Assembly (NCBI RefSeq): GCF_018977255.1
Contig: NW_024704742.1
Span: 26,786,001-26,850,000 of the forward strand
DNA length: 64,000 nucleotides
From: Callorhinchus milii
Taxonomy: Eukaryota
Direction of reading: 5' to 3'
The stretch's first letter is position 1, and each line of letters opens with the position of its first letter. The notes below the pieces were generated by a model. It did not search any database. It was not told the origin of the DNA and saw only the letters and a list, made by a program, of their open reading frames with translations. This document shows positions 24,976-35,762 of this stretch, piece after piece. The translations under genes and the position numbers were made by a program.

Positions 24976-26359
24976 TTGATAATTTCAGGCAATCTTGATA
25001 CCTTGAGTGAAGAATGTCTAAATATTTGACCAATAATGTACACAGTAGACCACAAAACCTCCTCTGTACATGCAAATACACTGTCATTGCAACTCCAGAT
25101 GAATACTTAATGCAGTACAGTTGGTTGCAATCAAATGACACAACAATTGGTATCTATGTGATGAGTGAAAAGAGCCACTTCATAAACCTGACCCTTCGTT
25201 GACCTATGACTCAATGGCTAAATGCGCAGGAACAAATGAGCAGTTTGTGTACGTTCGTGTCTATTGACCCACCATACTAAGAAAAAGGTTTCATGTGTTT
25301 TTTTAAGGGAGGTGGAATGCCTTGTGAGATAGTGAGGAAGCTTCTGCTAATATCATGAGATGTTGAGTCGATCTCCAGTTAAATATAAAATTAGCCCACA
25401 GATGGAAACTATTTAACATAATTGATTAGAAACGAGTTCTTTTGCTTTATGGACCTGGGTTTGAATCAAGCCGGGACTAATAGAATAAAGGAACATTCTT
25501 AGCTATAGCTACAAATGGAAACCAACTGGGCATCCTGAAATCAGTTTGGTTGGTTATGTAATAGGAATGTTTGGTGTTTCATGCCATCTGTAACTTTTCT
25601 GCTCTCAATGTAGTGGTTTACAGTAAACCTCAATACATCATATCAGTTTGGACCACACATTTAATATGACAAGCAAAGTATGAGTTGTGTTACACTGGCA
25701 TAAGTGGTATAATTTATGACTTGTGTAAAGTTATGTATAAGTCAGATTTTATATAACTAACACACAACAGATACAGTATACGTGGATTGTACAATATTTA
25801 CTAGTGAATCAAGGCAAGGTTTCTGTACCGTGTTTAGCCCATGCATATTAAAGTTATGGTAGCTCATTGTTTCTATATACAGGACTGCACGGTACTGTTC
25901 TGTGACAAAAACATATACTGTACGATGAATGGCACAACCAAACGTGTTTCAAAACAGAACTGTTTTATTAGGCTATAAATTCTTACAAAGATTGTTTAAC
26001 ATGGAGCAAGGTGGTCCAACCTTTTGGCGACTGAGGAACGGATGCCCTGTTTGAGAATCATGAAATGCTGCCCTTACTTCCCTCTCTCTTTCTCTCTCTC
26101 TCTCTCTCTCGCTCTCTCAATGACTCTCTCACCCTCTCTCCCTTCCCCTCTTGTGTTTCTCTCTTCCCTCTCCCTCAGTCACTCTCTGTCCTCTCTCCCT
26201 CCCTCTCTCTCTTTCTCAATCAGCCGCGCGTTCGTGTGCAGGAACAGCTGTCAGAAATTGAGCCGCGCAGTTGTTTGAGAAAGAGAGAGAGAGGTCCTCC
26301 CAACCGGCAACTCTCGGCGCTGCCCTGAGAGGACAGTGCGCAAGCGAGAGAGGCAGTGG

Positions 26360-26990
26360 GCGGCCTGAAGTTTTTCTCTTTCTTCTCTTGCACGATGATG
26401 TTGATGTTGGCCCCCAGAAGGAAAAGCGTGGTCTCCTTGGAGATGAACTGGCTCCAAGGTGATGTTTGGCGACGGAATGTTGGAATGGAGCCCACTCTCT
26501 GTGGTGGTCTCAGTAGTCCACTATCTAAGCCATGTGGGTCCACAGGTCTCCAGAGCACTGCTGATGACAGCACAGGCAGACTTGGAAGAGCAGACCAGTC
26601 ATTGGGGTAGGGACTCTACCCGCTCAGCTCCCACTAACCCTGGAAGCGAAGGCCCTAATAGTTAGGGTGGTCCTAGCTGGATAAGGGATGGGAAAGCTTG
26701 CCAGATAGTGCTCTTCATTGCAAGCCATGTGGTTTTACCTAGTTAGACTCCAGCAGTAGCCCACGCACTCTGAGGTCCCCAAACCTTGATTCTTGCCAAC
26801 CTTTGCCTAATACTTTGCAGAATTAGGTAAGCAGTTTGCTGTTCTCCATGGAAAGAGTGCGCATTCCAACAAACATCTCTGGTATTTCCATGTGTAGCTG
26901 GGAAACATGGAATTCTGTTTGGTTTGGATACTCTTAAGCAAGATGAAAGGTTTCTGCATTTGCCAGACATTCGGCTGACCNAAAAAAACC
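26360..26990 (-). repeat. Unclassified interspersed repeat (copy B)
   Basis: Reverse-complement match to copy A. Shares the terminus GCTGACC(A)nCC with the copies ending at 54172 and 63398. Confidence 0.7.
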
Positions 26991-27202
26991 ACTCAAAACC
27001 TATGTGTGTGTATATATATATATTTTCCAACAGGGGTTACTGGATAATTATTAGTAGTGAGAACTGTTTGATTTTTTTTCACTTTTCTCACACCAGAGAG
27101 AACCTGGGATTAATGATTTATATGACTTTTATTATACTGTGGAAATATTATTAATATTAATGATCCTTGCATTTGATATTGTGCCTTATCCTGTTGTCGA
27201 GA

Positions 27203-28720
27203 CAACAACAACAACAACAAGATTCCATTTATAAAGCGCCTTTCACGTCAGGAGGACGTCCCAAGGCGCTGCACAGTTGGGTCATGACCCGAGCAGGGGG
27301 GAAATGGTCAGGGTGAGGGGAGGGAAGGGAGGGAGCGAGGAGGGGGGAAATGGTCAGGGTGAGGGGAGGGAAGGGAGGGAGCGAGGAGGGGGAAGAGAGT
27401 CGAGAGGGGAGCTGAAGGCACGGTCAAAGAGAAAGGTTTTGAGACCGGCCTTGAAGGAGGAAAGGGAGGAAGCAAGGCGAAGGCACTGGGGGATAGAGTT
27501 CCAGAGCCTGGGGGCTGAGAGGCTGAAGGCCCGACCACCGATGGTAGGGCGGTTGGGGCGGGGGACGTGGAGCAGACCGGAGCCAGAGGAACGGAGGGTA
27601 CGGGCAGGTAGGTAGGGGGATAGTAGGTTGGAGAGGTAGGAGGGAGCAAGGCCGTGAATGGCCTTGTAGGTGAGGATGAGGATCTTGAAATCAATCCTCT
27701 GGGGGATGGGGAGCCAGTGGAGGCGAGCGAGGGTGGGAGTGATGTGGTCCCGAAGCCTGGTGCGGGACAGTACACGAGCTGCAGAGTTCTGAATGACCTG
27801 CAGCTTGTGGAGGGAGGTGGCGGGAAGGCCGGCGAGGAGAGAGTTCCCATAGTCCAGCCTTGAGGTGACAAAGGCGTGGACCAGGGTTTCAGCAGCGTGA
27901 GGGGTGAGGTAGTGCCGTAGTCTGGCGATGTTCCGGAGGTGATGGAAGGCGGTGCCAGTTGTGGTGCGGATGTGAGGGAGAAAGGACAGCTCAGGGTCGA
28001 ACAAAACGCCGAGGTTCCTGACTGGCTTTGAGAGGTGGAGAGTGCAGCCTTGGATGCTGATGGTGTCAGCGCCTGAGGTGCGGAGGCGCTGACGTGAGCC
28101 AATCAGGAGGGCCTCGGTTTTTCGCACGTTGAGCTGAAGAAAGTTGTCTCTCGTCCAGGACTCGATGTCGGACAGGCAGCTGTCAGGACATCGGTGGTCG
28201 TGGAGTTGAGAGTAGAGGAGGAAAGGTAGAGTTGGGTGTCATCCGCATACATGTGGAAGTTAACCCATGTCTGCGGATGATGTCACCGAGGGGGAGCATA
28301 TAGAGGGTGAAGAGGAGGGGACCAAGGACAGAGCCCTGAGGGACACCACATGAGACAGTGCGGGGGTGGAGGAGAAGCCATTCGTCGAGACGAAATGAAG
28401 ACGGTGAGAAAGGTACGACCTAAACCATTCAAGGACAGTGCCTTGAAGGTTGAGGTGGGAGGACAAGCGGTGGAGTAGGATAGCGTGGTCGACCGTATCG
28501 AATGCTGCCGATAGGTCGAGGAGGACGAGGAGACAGAGGGAGCCCTGGTCACAGATGGTCAGGATATCATTGGTGACCTTGACCAGGGCAGTTTCTGTGC
28601 TATGGGCAGCACGGAAACCTGACTGAAGGGGTTCGAAAAGAGAATGGGTGGAAAGGAAAGAGCGCAGTTGGGAGGCGACAACTCTTTCCAAGACCTTGGA
28701 GAGAAAGGGGAGGTTGGAGA
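27203..28720 (-). mobile_element. Young 5'-truncated L2 LINE inserted in a SINE
   Basis: Long ORF pieces (FEPLQSGFRAAHSTETALVKVTNDIL, LLDLSAAFDTVDH, HMYADD, RNLGVLFDPELSF, LHWLPI, GGRAFS), retained CpGs, (AAC)n tail at 27203-27220 and a roughly 46-bp tandem duplication near its 3' end. Confidence 0.95.
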
Positions 28721-29214
28721 CGGCTCAAAGCTCTACACAGGACGGCTCTAACCTTCACAGGTTTGTGAGACATTGGTTGTCATGTTTGCCCACAAAATAC
28801 ACAAGTGATGTGACTCTTGTATTTTGTGGGAAAACATGACAACCAATTTGCGCACAGCAGTGTCCCACAAACAACCTATAGTTGGTGACCAATTTTATTT
28901 GGTATCTGTTGGCCAAGACAACGGCCAGGATGAACTCTCTTTTCAAATAGTGCCATTGGAATTCTTAATGTCCACCTGGACAGACAGGAAGGAACTCGCT
29001 TTAACGTCTCATCCAAAAGACAGCACTTTAATTGAGAGCTTAATAATGATTCAAATATTTTGTCAATGCTTTTATAGTAGTTAATTCTATCCTGAGCTGC
29101 CTTGTTTCAGAAGTGCATGAGTATAAAATTCAATCATATGTTGATTTATAATAATTTATAATAATCCCTGCATTTGATATAGCACCTTATCATGTCGCTG
29201 AGATGTCGCTGAGG

Positions 29215-29623
29215 AGGGCCATTCACGGCCTTGCTCCCTCCTACCTCTCCGACCTACTGTCCCCCTACCTACCTGCCCGTACCCTCCGTTCCTCTGGCTC
29301 CGGTCTGATCCACATCCCCCGCCCGAACCGCCCTACCATTGGTGGCCGGGCCTTCAGCCTCTCAGCCCCGAGGCTCTGGAACTCCATCCCCCAGTGCCTT
29401 CGCCGCCTCCTCCCTTTCCTCCTTCAAGGCCGGTCTCAAGACCTTTCTCTTTAACCGTGCCTTCAGCTCCCCTTTCGACTCTCTACCCCCTACTCGCTCC
29501 CTCCCTTCCCTCCCCTCACCCTGACCATTTCCCCCTGCTCGGGTCCTGACCCAACTGTACAGCGCCTTGGGACGTCCTCCCGACGTGAAGGGCGCTCTAT
29601 AAATGGAATCTTGTTGTTGTTGT
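29215..29623 (+). mobile_element. Young L2 3' fragment inserted in a SINE
   Basis: Near-identical inverted match to 27205-27665. Ends in AAATGGAATC(TTG)n. Confidence 0.93.
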
Positions 29624-29899
29624 CTCAAAGCGCTTCACTGTAAAATGGATTGATTGTGTACTTTGTGGGCGAAAAACGGCAGCAGGTCCCACAAACAGCC
29701 ATGGAATGAGTGACCAATTTTATTTGAGAGATTCGTTGGTCAGGACAGTGGGGAGAAACACCCTTCTCTTTTCTAACAGTTCCACGGGATCTTCAACTGT
29801 AATCCAGGAAATGCAATGTATGTAGGGATTTAGCAGCAAAATAACACACTTCTGTTCCTAGACTTGTGGATAGTGTGTCAGGTTGCAAAGAAAGGCAAA

Positions 29900-30440
29900 T
29901 TTGCCTCATGCCTCAAATGCCTTCTTTGCCATTCTCCCCATCTCCACCATACACAGGACCCAGCTGATCCAAAACTCCGCCGCGGCATACTTAACCGCAC
30001 TAAACTCCGTACCCCCATCAAACCAGTTCCACTCGCTCCCTATCACCAAATGGATCGATTTCAAGATCCTCACACTTGTTTTCAAATCCCTTCATGCACC
30101 TCCCTGCCTCTTTGACCTGCTTATACCCACAACCTGCTGCCTCCACTCGACTAGCTCCGGCCTTCTGCATGTCCCTCATGCCATGCCGTCCCTTCCACCA
30201 CTGGTGGCCGTGCTTTCAGCCACTACACCCCAAAACTCTGGAACACTCTTCCTCTATCCCTCCGCCTTGCCCCTTCCTTCCCCATCTTCAGGTTGTGTCT
30301 GAAGACCTTCCCATTCGACCATGCCTACGGTCACCTCCACCTACCCCTGGCTCTGCGTCATGCTCCACTACTGTCAAGGCTCTGGGATGCTGCCCTACAT
30401 GAGGGATGCAATGTAAATGCAAATTGTTGCTGTTGTTGGC
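29900..30440 (+). mobile_element. L2 3' fragment (older)
   Basis: QLIQNSAA...IDFKILTLVFKSLH...LKTFPFD. Confidence 0.8.
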
Positions 30441-30655
30441 TGTTTGTGAGACATTGCTACATGCAAATTAGGTGCGGTGTTAATCTACAAATCCTATGAA
30501 GCACTTTGAAACGTCTTCCTGGTGTGAAGGATGCTTAATCAAATGGAACTATTATTATTATTTAATCATTTTATCTATGTGAGTGGTTTCGAATTTTGGT
30601 GTATTCAACCTCATTATTGAAAATAACACATACAAACCCTAATTGTATTTTTCAG

Positions 30656-30926
30656 GCTCTTCCACAAGCTGTCCTCCTACAAGGTCACCATGAAAGGCAT
30701 CTGAAAGTTGTGCAAACAAGGCGATTGTTTTGCCAGTTGAGACGATTTCCTCCATCTGTCATGCCAGCCGAATGAAATTTCCATCTATTGACTATTTCAG
30801 CCAATATAAATGCTGGTCCAAGCGGTTGATCTTCTATTACAACTGGAGTCAGATAACCTCCAGATAATAGTTCAATACCAGTTGGAAAAATGCTGCGAGA
30901 TTTAAGAATGCCCGCTACTTAGCTTC
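30656..30926 (+). other. KIAA0232: KIAA0232 5'UTR part of the first coding exon, with multiple uORFs
   Basis: Acceptor CCCTAATTGTATTTTTCAG| at 30655 with a branch-point-like CTAAT. ATGs at 30690, 30761, 30772, 30810, 30890 and 30908. Confidence 0.65.
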
Positions 30927-31157
30927 ATGCATCCAACTTGTGCAGTTGTTGTGGAAGGCCCACCATCTGAGGGATCCCCAAGCTCTTACCAAGGCCCCAC
31001 ATCTGCTCCTGAAATGTCTCTCCTTCATGCTTTAGGTCCGGTGCAGACCTGGCTAGGACAAGAGTTGGAGAAATGTGGGATTGATGCCATGATCTACACT
31101 CGATATGTCCTAAGTCTTCTGCTTCATGACAGTTATGACTACGACTTACAGGAACAG
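30927..31157 (+). CDS. KIAA0232: KIAA0232 coding exon 1 (77 codons)
   Basis: MHPTCAVVVEG...EMSLLHALGPVQTWLGQELEKCGIDAMIYTRYVLSLLLHDSYDYDLQEQ matches the KIAA0232 N-terminus as recalled. Donor CAG|GTATGC, phase 0. Confidence 0.93.
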
Positions 31158-31299
31158 GTATGCAAAAATCATTTTGTCTATGCATACATGTTAAATCTTA
31201 AATTACAATTTTTATTTATGTTGGGATCGAAGAACATATCATGACTCACAACTGTAGTAATTATAAAGGAATCATGGGGTTCCAACCTCATAACAGCAG

Positions 31300-31790
31300 T
31301 TTTGGCAAGAGTTGATGTAGTCAAGTCTGGATGTGATGATGGTTTCTGTGGCCCAAGGGGAAAGGTAGTGGCAGATGCGAGCAATGTTGCGGAGGTGGGG
31401 GAAAGCTAAACAGGTCAAGGTGGGGTTTAAAGGACAGTTGAGAGTCAAAACAAGAAACCTGTTTTGCACTAGCTTTGTGAAGTGTGCATCCATGTAAATT
31501 GATGCTGTCAGCACCAGAGGTGAGAAGGCACTGATAGGAGCCAAGCAAGAGAACCTCTGTCTTGTTAAAATTCAAATACTGAAAGCTAACTCTCATCCAG
31601 GACTTAATGTCTGACAGTTAATCAATCAAAACAGCAATAGTCCTGGAATCGAGGGTGGAGACAGAGAGAGAGTTGGGTGTCGTCTGCATACATGTGGGAG
31701 TTAACCCCATGCCTGCAGATGACATTGCTGAGCGGGAGCATGTAGATATTAAAGAGGAGAGGATAGAATCCCGAGGAATGCCGTACATGT
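31300..31790 (-). mobile_element. L2 fragment
   Basis: PLLFNIYMLPL...[33 protein letters not shown]. Confidence 0.85.
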
Positions 31791-32339
31791 ACAAGAATAG
31801 TGCAGTCACAGTACCACATACAATGTGATCAAAGTGACACCAAACATAGTGGAAAATACTTTAGTCCATGTGTCACTACCTTTGTTTGCATTCATATGCT
31901 TGAAATAGCTTTCCTGCTTCATCTGAGTCTACTTTCACAATGCACGGGCTGAGCAACTTTCAATTCAAATTACTCTATAAGTCAGTGCCGCTTAGTAATG
32001 TATTAAGAATCCCAGTCCCAGTATTTTCCTTGAGGACCATTTTCTGAAGTGATGGGACTTAGTGCCTCTCGTAGTGAGCTGATTTGAAATGACACCCTGG
32101 GTTGTTGTCATGTAGAAATTGGGCATTCTTTGTTGCTCCACGCCCAAATAACGCCCCCCCCCCCCCGAACAGGAATAGGTAGTAGATGAGAAATTGGAGT
32201 AAATTTGCAAAGGAAATGTGTTGTTGCAGCTATAAAACTTAAGCTAATGCCCCGTTGCTGCCTTTGGTTGTAGTGCTGAAAGATCATTTCTCTTCACACA
32301 CACCTCTGGACTCAGTAATTCAAATAGCTTCATAGAATA

Positions 32340-32653
32340 ATAATAATAATCCTTGCATTTGATATAATAATAATAATTATTATTCTAGACATCTCAAAGC
32401 ACTTCACCGAATAGATTGTAAAATGAATTGACTGTATATTTGTGGGCGAAATGCGACAGCCAATTGCACACAGCAGTGTCCCACAAACAGTCGTGGATTG
32501 AAGTGGCCAATTTATTCTTGTTTTTTTTCTTGAGGGATTATTATCAGGCGTGTGGAGTAAGGAAACTTGCCCATGGTTTCGCCCTGCTGGGAATCGAATC
32601 CAGGTCTCTTGCTTGCAAAGCGAGTGCTCTAACCACTGAGCTACAGGACTCCA
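32340..32653 (-). mobile_element. tRNA(Ala)-like SINE, near full length
   Basis: Minus-strand head GGAGTCCTGTAGCTCAGTGGTTAGAGCACTCGCTTTGCAAGCAAGAGACCTGGATTCGATTCCCAGCAGGGC, followed by the SINE core and (ATT)n tail. Confidence 0.88.
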
Positions 32654-34254
32654 CAGTACTGCTGTGACAGTACTGCTGCTGAGTACTTTGCAGAGTGCAG
32701 CCCATCTGTACAAGTGGTGCAATTATTGTCTCTCTATCACCCAACAGTTCCCCCAAGTTTATTAAAACCCTGTAATTAGAAAATGATTGTCACAAATTGT
32801 CACTAAGTACAACTGTGCATGAGTTTGTGGAAGTAGTTTTTATTCTGTTACTGTAAATGTTTGGGATTTGCACCTCATTATGAATTCTTCTTCATCATAC
32901 ATCCTTTTCACACAAATGGAGACTTTGGTACTGGTTAATGTTTTACAATAAATGCTTTGAAGATTTAAACAGTGAATGTAAGATGTTTTTTTCAATGTGA
33001 AGCGTTTCACAGCAGCACTTCCAACTTATTTTCAACCAACATCCACAGAAGAATACTGTCATGAGTAACAATTGTGTAGATTCAATTAGACTTATGTTTA
33101 ATTGTTCACCTTAATGTTTATTTTATACTGAAAGTATTGGACCTAAATCGTTGTGAAAAATTAAATGTAAATCTAATTTAAGATATACAGTCCAAAGCAA
33201 TCTGCTAGATTCCTGCTGCTGAATCAGTGTTGAGGTGGTTTTACCCGGGCATTGATTCACACTGTTAGAGAGTGAATATAAGTATAAATTGATTCAGCCT
33301 GCACTCAAAATTTGTCTCTTAAAAGTTCTTAAAATAGAAAGAAATAGTTGCTTATGGTAAAGACTGGGTAGTTGTGCCTCTACAGAGATTCTCAATTGGC
33401 AAGAATGATTTGGAGCAGCAAAAATAAATCACCTTTTCCCCCTCAAAATCTCTACTGCTGGTAGCAAAGTCTTATAAACTAGCGTAAATATCTAAATATT
33501 GTAGTAGAACGATTAGCGTTTTCCTACAGATGCTGTTTTTGAAACGTTTCCAAATGGTAGCTTTGAGTGCAACCTCCTGCTTTTTTTTATAGATTTTTCA
33601 AGAAACTTGGAAGATTTACATAATTTCTATTTGTGTGTGATTAAAATTCAACACTTAACTCTGTGTAATTGTAATGTATTCTGCAGTGGTACCAATCGGT
33701 TTACATTACGGTATGACTACTATACCTTGATAATTGTGATTTAATGTGGTAATTCGACAACAGGTCAAAATACCTTAAAGCTGTTTACTTGAATAAAGCA
33801 TTTATACTTTTCCCGATTAAAGATGGCCAGTTTAAGACTCTTTTTACTCTTATCTGTTTGAACAGAGAGCATAGAGATGTAAGGGTTGAAGTCCATAGAT
33901 CATTAAAATCTAGTTTGCAATTATAGAAAGTATTCAATAAGGCAAATGAGATTTATCCATGTTACTTTGAACGTTAGAGCAATGTTTTAGTCAGATCGAC
34001 CAATCTCAATTGGCTTGTTTTGCTAGCTTTCAGCCTGGCTATTGAACATAAGCAAGGATATCCATCCCAAGAGGAAGAATTTAACTACATTTGTGGATTA
34101 AACTCTCCTTGAAACTGCAAGGAGGATAATAATAAGAGGTTCAAGGCTCAAACTACCCCTACTGTTTCTTTTTAAAAGGAATTATCACATCTGATCCTCT
34201 GAGATTATGGTCGTGTACGCAACCTGGGCGTCAGGTTTGCTCCCCAATTATCCT

Positions 34255-34566
34255 TCCTCCCCCACATCCGGTCCCTCTCCAGCACCACTTTCTTCCATCT
34301 CCGACATATTGCCATCTCCGCCAATCATCGGCGGCCGTGCCTTCAGCCACAATGCCCCAAGGCTCTGGAACCCCCTTCCTCACTCTCTTCGTCTCGCCAC
34401 CTCTCTTCCTTTTTCTCCGGTCTCGGCTGAAGACCTTTCTTTTCGACCGCGCCTTTGGTCACCTTCCTCCCCCTCCCCCTGGCTCGGCGCTGGGATCCAT
34501 TGCTATGAAGCGCTCTGAGACGCCGTCCGGCGTGGAGGGGGCTATATAAATCCAAGTTGTTGTTGT
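34255..34566 (+). mobile_element. L2 3' fragment (second subfamily)
   Basis: IIGGRAFSHNAPRLWN...RLKTFLFDRAFG, with tail GAAGCGCTCTGAGACGCCGTCCGGCGTGGAGGG...(TTG)n. Matches 48420-48660 in reverse. Confidence 0.85.
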
Positions 34567-35020
34567 AACATTTTCAAATATCAATTTTACCTATATTGTA
34601 TTGTCATGTAAAACATCATCTGCATCTTAAAATGGCAACATCACCTTAATCTTTAAGCATTCAATTAGTTCTCTTATGGTTTTGAATTTGAGGGACACCC
34701 TTGATTCAGTAAGAAAATGCAGGACATTTTAGAAGCAGGTAAAAGTATTTTTGACCCAATAAACTTGTTCTCTATCTCATCTTCCCATTTGTGCGATGTT
34801 CCTTCATCACTTCATTCTCCAGAAACACATCCAGTTGTGTCCTGAACCCATTTATATTGCGTGCTTTCGATGGCCTTCCCTGATATCTTATCGATTCAGT
34901 ATATTGTTCATGCCCAACAAACCATTAATTCTGTCCAAATTTAGTGGGGGTTTTTTTGCACTTTAAACATGGCATGGTGGTTTCTCTGTGTACTAATTAC
35001 ATCACTCTTCTGTCAATCAG

Positions 35021-35161
35021 GAAAATGACATCTTGGGCTGGGAGAAAGGAACCAGCAAGAAATGGGGAAAAGGAAAGAAGAAGTGCTCAGATCTGAGTCT
35101 TGAGGAAATGAAGAAACAGGCTGCTGTTCAGTGTCTGCGTTCTGCCTCTGATGAATTTAAG
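35021..35161 (+). CDS. KIAA0232: KIAA0232 coding exon 2 (47 codons)
   Basis: AATCAG|GAAAATGAC... encodes ENDILGWEKGTSKKWGKGKKKCSDLSLEEMKKQAAVQCLRSASDEFK. Donor AAG|GTGTGT, phase 0. Not in the ORF track. Confidence 0.9.
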
Positions 35162-35289
35162 GTGTGTAGCTATACTTTGATTCATGATTTGCAAATTCCT
35201 TGAAGGCATGATGTACTACTTCTGGGATCATGCCAGAAACGCTGAAGTCAGCATTGTGACATGTCTAAGGAAACCAGAATTTGTTTCTG

Positions 35290-35762
35290 AAAACAAAAAC
35301 AGAGATTGCTGGGAACACTCAGCAGGTCAGGCAGCATCTATGGAGAAAGGAAAGTGAGTCAACGTTTCAGGTCCTCGACTCTTCATCAGAACTGGGGCAG
35401 GTTAAGAGGGAGAGGCTTTTAAGGGCTAACAGAAAGTGGGGAGGCAGGGCAAGGAAGACAGGAGAAAATGGGGTAGAGGACAGCGGATGATGGGTTAAAA
35501 AGGTGTTAATGATGTAAAACAAGGAGGGATTGCAACAAAGCAGGGGAATAGAGGTGTTAATACTTTCCTCTACCCCATTTTCTTCTTTATCTTCCTTGCC
35601 CTGCCTCTCCCTCCCAACATGCGCAGTTCTGACGAAGGGTTGTGGACCTTAAGGTATGACTCGATTTCCTTTCTCCATAGATGCTGCCTGACCTGCTGAG
35701 TGTTCCCAGCGACTTCTCTTTCTATTTTCAGATTTCCAGCATCCACAGTATTTTGCATTTTG
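35290..35762. mobile_element. Penelope-like inverted terminal-repeat insertion with 15-bp TSD
   Basis: Arms about 35290-35480 and 35566-35720 are inverted copies. CAGAATTTGTTTCTG flanks both sides (35275-35289 and 35763-35777). Confidence 0.75.
35357..35393 (-). ncRNA. Minimal type-I hammerhead ribozyme-like motif
   Basis: Minus strand reads AGTT-CTGATGA-AGAGTC GAG GACCT-GAAA-CGTT-GACT. It has the CUGANGA and GAAA cores, a stem II, an ACGU palindromic stem III and an AGUU/GACU stem I. Confidence 0.55.

Noticed and set aside
32578..32652. tRNA-Ala(TGC)-like sequence, with similar ones at about 692, 17243, 22345 and 62500
   Set aside because: Each continues into SINE body sequence and has an imperfect acceptor stem. 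These are SINE heads, not tRNA genes.
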